Shown here in pieces: positions 29,011 through 40,086 of a stretch of DNA of 64,000 nt. This DNA is from Kofleriaceae bacterium (lineage in GTDB: Bacteria > Myxococcota_A > Polyangia > Haliangiales > Haliangiaceae), in assembly GCA_046597055.1 (NCBI GenBank), contig JBKJLC010000101.1:1-64000 (forward strand), written 5' to 3'. How positions within the stretch are numbered: position 1 is the first letter of the stretch; every line of letters begins with the position of its first letter. The notes below the pieces were generated by a model. The model was given only the letters and a program-made list of their open reading frames with translations. It was not told the DNA's origin and made no database searches. Made by a program: the position numbers and the translations under genes.

Positions 29011-29822
29011 ATCTCGTCCGCCTCGAGGCCGCCGTCGACGACGTCGAGGATGCCCCCGACCGCATCGCCGTCCGCTGGCACAGCAATCTCGACGGCGTGC
29101 TCGGCGACGGCCACGTCGTCACCGTCGCCTTCGCGACGCCCGGCCTCCGGATCATCACCGCGACCGCGACCGACTCGAGCGGCCTGCAGACCTCGCGCTC
29201 GGTGCCCTTCACCGCGACCAACCCGGCGCCGGTCGCGGTGATCGAGGCGCCCGTCGGCGGCGCGCAGCGCCCCAGCGGCGGCGTGCTCGTGCTCCGCGGC
29301 CGCGGCGAGGACGGCAACCACGGTCCCGGCAGCCTGCCGTGCGATCGCCTGGTCTGGTCGATCGACCGCCGCCCGACCTGGCACGCCATTGGCTGCACCG
29401 CCACCACGCCGGTGAGCCTGCTCGGTCCCGCGGTCATCCGCCTGCACGTCGCCGATCCCTACGGCCTCACCCACGACGCCCGCGTCACCGTCGAGTTCGT
29501 GCCCGGCCCCACCAGCGGCCCGCCGCAGGTCGTGATCGCCTATCCCGGCGACGGCGCCATCCTCGGCGCCCGGCTCACGCACACCCTCACCGGCGCCGCC
29601 ATCGATCCGGACGGCACCCCGGTCGGCCTGTTCTGGTTCGTCAACTCCACCGACGGGCCCACGATCATCGGCGTCGGCGCGACCGTCCAGTTCACGCCCA
29701 TCGAGGCGGTCCCCGCCCGGTGCGGCCGCCGCGACGTCCAGCTCGAGCTCCACGCCCTCGACGGCGACGCCCAGTCGGCCGTGAAGACGGTCACCGTGAC
29801 GCTCGAGTACGGTCCCTGCTGA
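29010..29822 (+). pseudogene. C-terminal part of an Ig/PKD-like repeat protein, start missing
   Basis: D.ED....W.S..DG.LG.G...ITATATDSSG...N.AP...I..P repeats in the frame of ORF 28956..29822. Confidence 0.65.
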
Positions 29823-29912
29823 TCGCCCCGGGTTCGGGTTGGTCTGGCGGGCACACCCGGGCTCACCGCGTCCGCCGGGTTCGGGATGCCGTGGCGCCAC
29901 GGCCCCGGCTGC

Positions 29913-31586
<1,674 letters not shown>

Positions 31587-31601
31587 CGCTCCCCCTCGAA
31601 G

Positions 31602-31620
31602 TGAAGTAGTACCTACTTCA
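31602..31620. promoter_or_regulatory. palindromic candidate enhancer (UAS) TGAAGTAG-N3-CTACTTCA
   Basis: Perfect 8-bp inverted repeat about 75-90 bp upstream of the -24 box. Confidence 0.6.
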
Positions 31621-31692
31621 AATTGATGGACCCGGCCAGGTCTCCCGTCCCTGTCTGGTCGCAACTGGTTGAAGTTATGCGTTTCTATTTGC

Positions 31693-31708
31693 CGGCCCGA
31701 AAGCTGCT
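31693..31708 (+). promoter_or_regulatory. sigma54 -24/-12 promoter
   Basis: CGGCCCG-AAAG-CTGCT; GG(31694-5)-N10-GC(31706-7); IHF-like CTTCAACCAGTTG on the minus strand at 31662-31674. Confidence 0.65.
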
Positions 31709-31723
31709 TTAGCGAGCAGGACG

Positions 31724-32539
31724 ATGAAGAACCTGGCTGTCCTGCTGCTCTCCTTGCTGGCCGCCTGCGAGTTCTCGGGCACCGGCGGTGGTAGCTCGGC
31801 GGACGGCGCGGCCACGCCGGACGCGCGACCGGCCGAGCCCGGCGCCGACGCGCGCGACGATCTGGCCGGGGCCGGCGGGCCGCCGGTGCAGCTCGGGACC
31901 GCCGGCGACTACGCGGTCCTCGCCAAGGCGGCGATCAGCGGGACCGCTGCGACCGTGACCGGCAACCTCGGCGTCAGCCCGGCGGCCGCCACCCTGATCA
32001 CCGGCTTCTCGTTGAGCCTGGACGCCGCGAACGTGTTCTCGACGTCCGCCCAGGTGGAAGGGTGGATCTACGCCGCCGACTACTCGGTGCCCACGCCGGC
32101 CAACCTGACCTTGGCGGTGACCGACATGGAGGTGGCTTGCACGGCGGCCGCCGCCCGCGAGCCTGGCGTCGTCGAGCTGAACGGCGGCGACCTCGGTGGG
32201 ATGACCCTCGCGCCGGGCGTCTACCGATGGAGCAGCGGGGTCGAGATCCCGACGACGCTCACGCTGCATGGCGACGCGGCCTCGGTGTGGATCTTCCAGA
32301 TCGCCCAGCACCTGACCGTGAGCAGCGGCGCCCGCATCGTCCTGACCGGCGGGGCACGACCCGGGAACGTCTTCTGGCAGATCACCGGCGGCCCGGTGAC
32401 GATCGGCACGATGGCGCACTTCAAGGGCGTCGTGCTGTCCCGGACCGCCGTCACGATGCAAGCGGGCGCGACGCTGACCGGCCGCCTGCTGTCGCAGACG
32501 GCGGTCACGATCGACGGCAGCGCCGTGGCCGCACCGTAG
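31724..32539 (+). CDS. DUF3494 ice-binding-protein family lipoprotein
   Basis: Lipobox LAAC; VQLGTAGDYAVLAK..IS, GNLGVSP, IYAADY..PTP..L..AV.DM, GG.TL.PGVY, WIFQI, NVFWQ, L.GRLLSQTAVT. Confidence 0.93.
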   Translation: MKNLAVLLLSLLAACEFSGTGGGSSADGAATPDARPAEPGADARDDLAGAGGPPVQLGTAGDYAVLAKAAISGTAATVTGNLGVSPAAATLITGFSLSLDAANVFSTSAQVEGWIYAADYSVPTPANLTLAVTDMEVACTAAAAREPGVVELNGGDLGGMTLAPGVYRWSSGVEIPTTLTLHGDAASVWIFQIAQHLTVSSGARIVLTGGARPGNVFWQITGGPVTIGTMAHFKGVVLSRTAVTMQAGATLTGRLLSQTAVTIDGSAVAAP

Positions 32540-32924
32540 CGCGCCGCGCAACCGTGATCTTCGCACCCGCGCCGGACGCTGCCGGAACCGCGCGACACCG
32601 GCCCATCGGCGCGAGACGCCTTCCGACGACCGCGCGACATCCGCCGGCAGCGCCGCGAATCCCCTCCCAGGTCCTGATGGCCGCGGCGCCGGTGAACGCG
32701 AAGCTCGGCTTCACCGCCCGCGGCACCGACGCGGACCTGACGTTCCGGACCGACGCGACGCTCACCGCGAAGCTGCTGTCCGGCTACCTGGCGAGGTGCT
32801 GTTCCTGAAGGAGGAAGCGGTCATCCACCGGTGGGACGGGCTACCGGTCAACGCGGAGCTGTGGAACTTCGGCAAGAGCTTCCCGATCGCGAGCCTGGGC
32901 GTGCTGTTCCCGGAGCAGGCGCCG

Positions 32925-33964
32925 TGACCCGTCCGCGCGGCGTCGCGGCCGCGGCGGTGGCGTTGGTTGCTGTCGTCGCCATCGTCGCCGGCTGGCGACT
33001 CGACCGTTCGCCCGCGCCGCGCTTGCCGTCCGCGGCCGTCGTGGCCCCGGCCGGCGGCGACGAGATCCGCTATCAGTTCACCTGGCGCGGCGCCCGCGAC
33101 GCGCCCGGCACCGGCGAGCTCGGGCAGCTCGGCGCCAGGAGCGTGCGCGGAGAGGTCGACGTGGCCGGCGAGCTCGCGGTCCGCCGGCTCGACGACCGCA
33201 CGCTCGGCGTCCGCCTGACCCGGGTCGACCGCGCGACGCGGTGGGTCTACGACAGCCCGCTGCTCGACCCCGCGAGTGCCGCCACGCGCCTCGAGCGCGA
33301 GGTCGCGGTCGAGGCCGACCCGACCGGCGCGCTGCTCGGCTTCGCCGTCCCCCTGATGCGTCCCCGGCGCTGCTCCCGCTCATCCGGTCGATCGCCATGC
33401 AGATGCAGGTCCACCGCGGGGCCGGGCGGTCATACCAGGCCACCGGCCGCACCCCTGGCCGGCTTCGCACCGTCCGACTTCGATCCGCGCGCGGCGGCGG
33501 CACTCGACGCCGAGCTGGCGGCGGCGGTCGTGGCGCACCCGGGCCGCCTCGAGGCCGCGCTGGTCGACGGCCTCGCGGCGCTGGCCGCAGCGCCTGGAGC
33601 GATCGACGATCACCAGCCGACCCAGCTCGCGGTGCTGCTCGCGCTGGCGGCGCCCGACACGGTCGTCCACGCCTGGGAGCGGCGCCGCGACGCGACGCGA
33701 CGCGACGCTGCGCGCGCTCGCTCCGATCGCGATGCTGGGCGTCATCGGGCAGGCCCGGCGCGACCACCTTGCCGCGCTGGGCGCGTTCGTGCCGATCGCT
33801 ACCGCCGGCGATCTGCTGATCGAGCTGATCCGTCGCGCCTGCTTCTTCGAGGGCGCGGTCGCGTACCGCCTCGATCCCACGGAGACGGTGCGCGTGCTCG
33901 GGCTCGTCGCGCCGGCGCCGCGCAGCTGGGCGTCGCGCGCGTGGTCGAAGCTGCGCCGCGCCTG
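32925..33964 (+). pseudogene. degraded gene fragments (N-terminal TM hypothetical protein with frameshifts)
   Basis: Coding-like codon bias that switches frames several times. Confidence 0.35.
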
Positions 33965-34158
33965 ATCGCGACGCTTCGCGGTGCCGCGCGACGCCGACGG
34001 TGAGCCGACCGACCGGACCTTCGCGATCGTGGCGGTCAGGAGCCGGCCGGCGGCGCCGGTGATCCAGCCGGCGTGCGCGGAGCTGCCGACGTGACCGTGT
34101 TGCGGTTCTTTCGGGCGGTCGGGCACGCGCGCGCGGGCCCCGGTGTAGCGTTGGCGGC

Positions 34159-35265
34159 ATGAGGCATGACGTCGTCGCGTGGCTGGGTGGGCTGCTGCTC
34201 GCGGCAGGATGTGGACGCGAGGCGGCGCCGGTGGCCGCTCCGCCGGCGGCTGCGGTGGCGGTGGCGCCGGCCACGTGCACGCGGGACGTCGGACAGGTGC
34301 AGGCGCTGGCGCCCGGCGGCGGGATGCCGGCGGATCCGAAGCGGCCGGTGCATACGTTCTCGATCGTCGCGCGCGATCCGGTGACTGGCGCGCTCGGCGT
34401 GGCGGTGCAGTCGCACTGGTTCGCGGTCGGCAACGGGGTGGCGTGGGCGCAGCCAGGCGTGGGGGCGATCGCGACCCAGTCGTTTGCCGAGCCCGCGTAC
34501 GGGCGCAAGGGGCTCGAGCGCATCGCGGCTGGCGGCGGTGCGGCCGAGGTGCTGGCGGCCCTGGTGGCCGAGGACAAGGGGCAGGCCGTGCGCCAGGTCG
34601 CCATGGTCGATCACGCCGGGCGCGTCGCGGCGCACACCGGCGCGTCGTGCATCGCGTTCGCCGGGCACCACGTGGGGGACGGCTACAGCGTGCAGGCCAA
34701 CCTGATGGCCAACGATCGCGTGGTGTCGGCGATGGCACAGGCCTATGAGCGCGCGGCCGGCGACCTCGCGGAGCGGATGATGGCGGCCCTGGACGCGGCC
34801 CAGGTTGCCGGCGGCGACGTGCGCGGCTGTCAGTCGGCGGCGATCCGGGTGGTGCGCGGGGTGGCCTCCGCCGAGCCATCGCACGACGTGCTGGTCGATC
34901 TGCGGGTCGACGATGCGGCCGCCCCGCTCACGGAGCTGCGCCGATTACTGGCACTGCAGCGGGTGTACGACCACATGAACGCCGGCGACGTCGCGGTCGA
35001 GAAGGGCGACGTCGCGGGCGCGCGCGATCACTACGCCATGGCGGCGGCGGCCGCACCCGCGATCACCGAGGTGCGCTACTGGCAGGCGGTGGGCCTGGCC
35101 AACGCGGGCCAGGTGCAGGACAGCATCCCGATCTTCCGGACGGTGTTCGCCGAGGACCGTCGCTGGGTCGAGGTCACCCGCCGGCTCCAGCCGGGCGTGG
35201 TGCCGCGCACCGAAGCGGGTGACGCGCTGATCAAGCGCGTGCTTGCCGAGGCCGCGCCGCGGTGA
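34159..35265 (+). CDS. DUF1028 (Ntn-hydrolase-like) lipoprotein with C-terminal TPR
   Basis: Lipobox AAGC; TFSIVARDP.TG.LGVAVQS, GAIATQS, RQVAMVD..G..AAHTG..C, QANLM, GGD.RG.QSAA, DLRVDD. Confidence 0.9.
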   Translation: MRHDVVAWLGGLLLAAGCGREAAPVAAPPAAAVAVAPATCTRDVGQVQALAPGGGMPADPKRPVHTFSIVARDPVTGALGVAVQSHWFAVGNGVAWAQPGVGAIATQSFAEPAYGRKGLERIAAGGGAAEVLAALVAEDKGQAVRQVAMVDHAGRVAAHTGASCIAFAGHHVGDGYSVQANLMANDRVVSAMAQAYERAAGDLAERMMAALDAAQVAGGDVRGCQSAAIRVVRGVASAEPSHDVLVDLRVDDAAAPLTELRRLLALQRVYDHMNAGDVAVEKGDVAGARDHYAMAAAAAPAITEVRYWQAVGLANAGQVQDSIPIFRTVFAEDRRWVEVTRRLQPGVVPRTEAGDALIKRVLAEAAPR

Positions 35266-35491
35266 CGGAACCAGCGCGCGGCCGTACGCTGCCAGCGCTA
35301 CGTCGGTGACGTGATCGCGCTCAGCGAGCCTGGACCACACGGTCCACATCATCATCAGTCGAAGACCATCACCTACGGTGCTGGTCTTCTCGACCTGGTG
35401 CCAAGCTGCGATCGGCTTCTCGAGAGTCGCCCCGGCGGGGACCTCGAGCAGGGTCGGCGCCTTCACGGACCACCCTCGGCGTCGAAGCGCC

Positions 35492-35520
35492 TTGCGCGAC
35501 CGCCTCCTCTCCTCTAGAGT
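35492..35520 (+). promoter_or_regulatory. sigma70-type promoter, probably leaderless
   Basis: TTGCGC, 17 nt, TAGAGT, 7 nt before GTG 35528. Confidence 0.55.
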
Positions 35521-35527
35521 TCTAGAC

Positions 35528-36961
35528 GTGCGAAGCCCCGCCCTCCTCCTGCTTGGTGTTGCCGCTTGCGGATGCCCCACCGGCCCCACCCGCCCCGCCG
35601 GCCAGTCGCCCGGTGCCCCGCCCGCCGCCGCGTTCGACGGCGCCCGCTTCGACGCGTGGGCCGACCGCGAGCTCGCCGGCCTCCCCTCGGCCGTGATCGC
35701 GCTCGTCGATCACGACCGCATCGTCTGGAAGCGCGCCGTCGGCGCCCGCGACGCGCGTGGCGGCCCCGCTCCCGATCTCGCGACCGCGGTCTACCGCATC
35801 GGCTCGATCACGAAGGTCCTCACCGGCACCGCGCTGCTCCAGCTCCGCGACGCCGGCCGCCTCGATCTGGATGACCCGGTCGCCCGCTGGGTCCCCGAGC
35901 TCGCGGCGCGCCTGCCCGGCGTCACCATCCGCCACCTCTACACGCACACGTCCGGCATCGCGAGCGGCGGCGACGGCTCCGCGCCGTACTGGACCTCGAC
36001 GCCCCCGACCGAGGCCGCGATGCTGCGCGCGCTCGACCTCCCGCTCGCGTTCGAGCCCGGCGGCAAGCACGACTACTCCAACGCCGGCCTGGCCGTCGCC
36101 GGCCTGATCGTCGCGCGCGCCTCCGGACAGCCGTTCCGCGCGTACATGAACGCGCGCGTGCTCGCACCGCTCGGCATGCGCACGGCGGCCTGGGACCGCA
36201 CCGCGGTCGGCGCCGATCGACTCGCGATCGGCGTCGCCCCCGACGGCACGATCGATCCCCCGCACTGGCAGCTCGGCGCGTTCGAGCCCGCCGGGGGCCT
36301 GTACGCCTCGCTCGATGACATGCGCGGCCTCGCCCGCCTGCCGCTCGGCCTCGCCCCGTCGGTGCTGCCGGCCACCTCGCTCGCCGTCGCCCTCACCGAC
36401 GATCCGCTCCCCGGCGACCACGGCGTCGCGTGGCTGGTCGGCGAGCAGGACGGCCTGCGCTACGCGACCCACAGCGGCTCGACCTCCGACTACTCCGCCG
36501 CGCTGATCGCGCTGCCCGACACCGGCCTCGCCGCCATCGTGCTCGCCTCCGGCCCCGACACCAACCTCGTCGACTGCGCCGCGACCGCCCTCCTCCGCGC
36601 CGCCGCGCGGAAGGAGCCGCCCACCAGTTGCGTCCCGGCGCCGCTCGACGCGGCCACCGCCGCCGCCGTCGACGACGCCCTCACCCGCCTGCGCGCGCTG
36701 CTCCCCGGCCCCACCGACGCCAACCTCGCCGCTCTGTTCACGCCAGGGTTCCTCGCGCAGATCCCGCGTGCCGCCCTCGACGACGGCGCCCGCCGCATCA
36801 CCCAGCAGCACGGCCGCTGCGACCGCCACGAGGTCATCGGCCCCGGCGGTCTCGGCGTCCGCGCCATCCTCCACTGCGAGCGCGGCAAGCGCTCGGTCGA
36901 GCTCCACCTCGAGGATGCCCCACCACGCCGCATCGACGCCATCACCTTCCCCGGCCTCTGA
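35528..36961 (+). CDS. serine hydrolase (beta-lactamase/AmpC-like) lipoprotein
   Basis: YRIGSITK (SxxK), THTSG, YSN, PLGM, PAGGL, HSG. Confidence 0.9.
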   Translation: MRSPALLLLGVAACGCPTGPTRPAGQSPGAPPAAAFDGARFDAWADRELAGLPSAVIALVDHDRIVWKRAVGARDARGGPAPDLATAVYRIGSITKVLTGTALLQLRDAGRLDLDDPVARWVPELAARLPGVTIRHLYTHTSGIASGGDGSAPYWTSTPPTEAAMLRALDLPLAFEPGGKHDYSNAGLAVAGLIVARASGQPFRAYMNARVLAPLGMRTAAWDRTAVGADRLAIGVAPDGTIDPPHWQLGAFEPAGGLYASLDDMRGLARLPLGLAPSVLPATSLAVALTDDPLPGDHGVAWLVGEQDGLRYATHSGSTSDYSAALIALPDTGLAAIVLASGPDTNLVDCAATALLRAAARKEPPTSCVPAPLDAATAAAVDDALTRLRALLPGPTDANLAALFTPGFLAQIPRAALDDGARRITQQHGRCDRHEVIGPGGLGVRAILHCERGKRSVELHLEDAPPRRIDAITFPGL

Positions 36962-36971
36962 CCCTGACCTG

Positions 36972-37523
36972 ATGCCGAAGAAACCAACCCTCGAGCAGCT
37001 CGCCGCCAGGGTCGACGCGCTGGCGCGCAAGGTCGAGGCGCTCGCGCGCGCGCCGAAGCGCCGCCCGCCCGTCGAAGCCGGCCCCTCCGCCGACGATCTC
37101 CTCACCCTGCTCGAGCGCCGCCGCCACGCCAGCAGGGACGCCGGCACCATCGCCTACGGCGGCAGCGTCGAGCTGTCCGGCCGCGAGTACCTGTGGGGCA
37201 TCGAGCGCCCCGTCCCCGGTCTCCTCGGCCTCGATCCGGATGCGCCCGCCCACGTCCTGGCCACCCTCGCCCACCCCCAGCGGCTGCGCCTGCTCGTGGC
37301 GTTGATCGAGCAGCCCCGCACCGCCGCCGAGCTTCAGGAGGTCATCGGCTCGAAGTCGCCCGGCCCGCTCTATCACCACCTCCGCGACCTCCTCGCCCTC
37401 GGCGTCGTCACCCAAGCAGACCGCCGCTACACCGTTCCCGCCCGCCACGTCGTTCCCCTCCTGACCGCGCTCGCACTCGCCATCGATCTCGGCGCCCGCC
37501 GCAGCGAAGACCCGCCGGAATAG
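36972..37523 (+). CDS. ArsR-like winged-helix regulator
   Basis: LAHPQRLRLL..L...PRTAAEL......SPG.LYHHLRDL. Confidence 0.85.
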   Translation: MPKKPTLEQLAARVDALARKVEALARAPKRRPPVEAGPSADDLLTLLERRRHASRDAGTIAYGGSVELSGREYLWGIERPVPGLLGLDPDAPAHVLATLAHPQRLRLLVALIEQPRTAAELQEVIGSKSPGPLYHHLRDLLALGVVTQADRRYTVPARHVVPLLTALALAIDLGARRSEDPPE

Positions 37524-37690
37524 ACTCGTCGCACGACTGGCGACGAACCCCGCCGCGCCACCCGAGACCGCGGCCACGGCCTCTCCGACGTCCACACCGG
37601 CGTCGCGGCGCTGGCCACACGCCGGCCGGCCCTGGTCGCTGCGGTCCTGGCGCGGCCAGAGCCACAGGCGATCGGGCCACGCTCCCGAGT

Positions 37691-37826
37691 CCCCGACGAT
37701 GCACGAGTCGCCGCCGGTCGCGTGCGCGGTGGCGACGCGGTCTCCGGCGGCGCGTGCCGCCGCCGCGGTTAGCTCGACCAGCCCGGCGCCCGCCGCGACC
37801 GAGACCCGCACCCGCTCGGCGCGCTG
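37691..37826. repeat. 136-bp dispersed repeat, copy 2
   Basis: Matches 21329-21464. Confidence 0.9.
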
Positions 37827-38272
37827 ACCGAGCCCGTCGCGGGTTGGCGCGGCCGGGGCGTGCGACGGCGCCGTGACGCATGCGTCGCTGGCAGCTCGAT
37901 CAGCGCGCGGTCGCGCGCGCCATCCGCACGACCGCCTCCTCGAGCAGGGCGGCGGTCGTGGCAAGCTTGAGGCGGGCCCAGCCGCGCCCCTCGGTGCCGA
38001 AGCGGGGGCACGATCGAGCGTCGAGCCGCGAGGTCCGAGACCCGGGGAAACGGCACGTGGTCGGCGCCGGGCAGCGTCAGCGGCGCGTGGATCTCGGCAC
38101 CGTGCGGCGCTCACCCCATGCTGGCCGCGCCGGCGCCACCAGCGTCGGCAGCCGCGCGAATGCGAGACCGCACGATGGGCAACCAGCACGGCACCGGGAA
38201 CCCAGAACGCTCGATCGTCGACCCGACCGACCCCCGCAATGGCGACAGCTAATCTGAGTCGTAAATGACGGA

Positions 38273-39235
38273 CTACGATCCGCCCAGCGCCCTCAGCGCC
38301 TCGTCATAGCCCGCCGAGGTCATGCCGCCCTTGTCCTTACCCTTGGCGGCCTTGAGCAGCTCGATCGTCGTGGCCTTCTGGTCGGCGGGCAGCTTGTCCG
38401 CGACCTTGGCGAGCATGTTGCCGGCGTCGGCACGGTCGTATTCGTCCTTGGACGCGAGGCCCGCGATCAGCACCGCGAACTGGGCGCTGTCGCCGAGCGC
38501 GATCGCCTTGGCCGCGAGGTGATTCTTGACCATGACGTCCTTGCTCTTGGCGATGAGGCCCTGGAGCGTCGGCAGATCGCCTGCCTGCGCGGTCTCGGCA
38601 ATCACATCGGCGAGCGCGACCTGGTAGCTGCTCTTCGCCTTGCCCATGGCGCCGACCGCCCAGTCGAAGGCTTTCTTGCCGAAGGGCGTGATGGCCGCCT
38701 CGACCTCGCCGCGCTGCTCCCAACCGGCCTCGGTGAGCAGGTAGGTGCCCGCGGACGCGAGCACCCCCTCGTTGCCGCTCGCGCCGGCGGCCGCGAACAG
38801 CGCGCGCCGCAGCATGAAGTCCGCCTCCTTCTTGGCGGCCTCGAGCAGGCCTGGGCCACCCACCGGGTCCTTGATCTCGGCCAGCGCCTCGGCGGCGACG
38901 CCGCGCGCCTTGGCCGGCTTGGTCGCGTCGACGGCGAGCTTGGTCAGATCGGGCGCGACCCTGGCGCCGAAGCCCACGAGCGGCTTGTAGGCATCGCAGC
39001 TGGTGCTGTACTCGCACGCCTCGAGGTCGCCGAGGAGCTTGGCGGAGACCTCGGGCGAGTAGGTCGGCGCGACCGGCGCGACCGGCTCGGATGGCGTGGG
39101 CTCGACGGCCTTGGCCAGAGGCTCGACGGCCTTGGTGGGCTCGGCTGGCTTGGTGGCCTCGTCCTTCTTGCAGGCGGCCGAGAACAGAAGCGACGAGAGC
39201 ATTGAAGAGACGAGCACGAGGCGAAACGAGTGCAT
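38273..39235 (-). CDS. HEAT-repeat lipoprotein
   Basis: Start MHSFRLVLVSS...FSAACKK with AAGGGG SD; R..AA.AL..I.D-type helical repeats. Confidence 0.8.
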   Translation of the reverse strand: MHSFRLVLVSSMLSSLLFSAACKKDEATKPAEPTKAVEPLAKAVEPTPSEPVAPVAPTYSPEVSAKLLGDLEACEYSTSCDAYKPLVGFGARVAPDLTKLAVDATKPAKARGVAAEALAEIKDPVGGPGLLEAAKKEADFMLRRALFAAAGASGNEGVLASAGTYLLTEAGWEQRGEVEAAITPFGKKAFDWAVGAMGKAKSSYQVALADVIAETAQAGDLPTLQGLIAKSKDVMVKNHLAAKAIALGDSAQFAVLIAGLASKDEYDRADAGNMLAKVADKLPADQKATTIELLKAAKGKDKGGMTSAGYDEALRALGGS

Positions 39236-39444
39236 GGAGTGGAATCCCCTTTCATGGGCCGAGGAGAGCAAACGCGTGCCGGCCCGGGGCCGGTGATGCG
39301 CACGCTTGCACCGGACGGGACCCCACGCAAGGCCGTCGGAACGTTCGCGACCCGGCGGGGTCTCCTCGAGGCCCCAGCTCCACGTCGCGCGGCAGCGATT
39401 CAGCAGGCCGGTCCCGAGCGGGCGAGCACTGGAGGGCGCGCCCT

Positions 39445-39667
39445 CAGACAAGCGCGTGAGCGTCACGGTCCAGGTCCGGGCGCCATCGACATACGTCGAG
39501 GTCGCGATCGGCTCCCACCGGTGGACCGCCCCGGCGGGCGAGCCATCGGTGGCGATCGCCGCGTCGGGGTGATCGGGTGGCGGATCTCCACCACATGCCG
39601 CCAGCAGCGTGGCGACGAGCCACACTCGAGCCACGCTCTGTCGCAAGAACCGACGGTTGGCTCGCAT
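39445..39667 (-). pseudogene. N-terminal fragment of a lipoprotein, fused in frame across intergenic-like DNA
   Basis: MRANRRFLRQ...LLAACGGD lipobox; coding bias is lost after TVTLTRLS. Confidence 0.5.
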
Positions 39668-40086
39668 GCGGGTCGAGCGTAGCGAGCATCGTGCCAGTCA
39701 GCCGGGATCGATCAGGCGCCGTGCGATGGCGAGGACGTCGAGGGAACAGGTCGGCATGCCCAGCTCTCCCGGGCCGGGCCGCGTTCGAGCAAACCGACCC
39801 TTCGTCGGAGCGGGCGAAGACCTCCAACAGTCGCCGCGAGAGTCTTCGCCGGGCGATGCGACCGCTCGCTCCCCAGATAGCAACATTGATCACAACCCGC
39901 GTCGTGGAGGCCCCATACGCTGCCATTTGGGAGCTGCTTCACCCACAGCGCCGAAGTGGACCCACCGCTGGTCTCGGTGCAGACAAAGGTGAGACACGTG
40001 CCGGCGCCGCGCTTTGATTCCCGTTGGTCGCAGTGTGGCGTCCTGTTACAATGGCAATCGCGCCTACGCGCATTATAGGGGATAAT

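Noticed and set aside
35528..36961. Antibiotic-resistance beta-lactamase
   Set aside because: SxxK/YSN motifs only place it in the broad serine hydrolase family; no evidence of beta-lactam specificity
38273..39667. Single 464-aa ORF with two lipoboxes
   Set aside because: Better explained as a lipoprotein fragment reading through non-coding-like DNA into a separate gene starting at 39235
39813..39850. GGCGAAGAC/GTCTTCGCC hairpin as a riboswitch or ncRNA
   Set aside because: No recognisable family motif; such stems arise easily at this GC content
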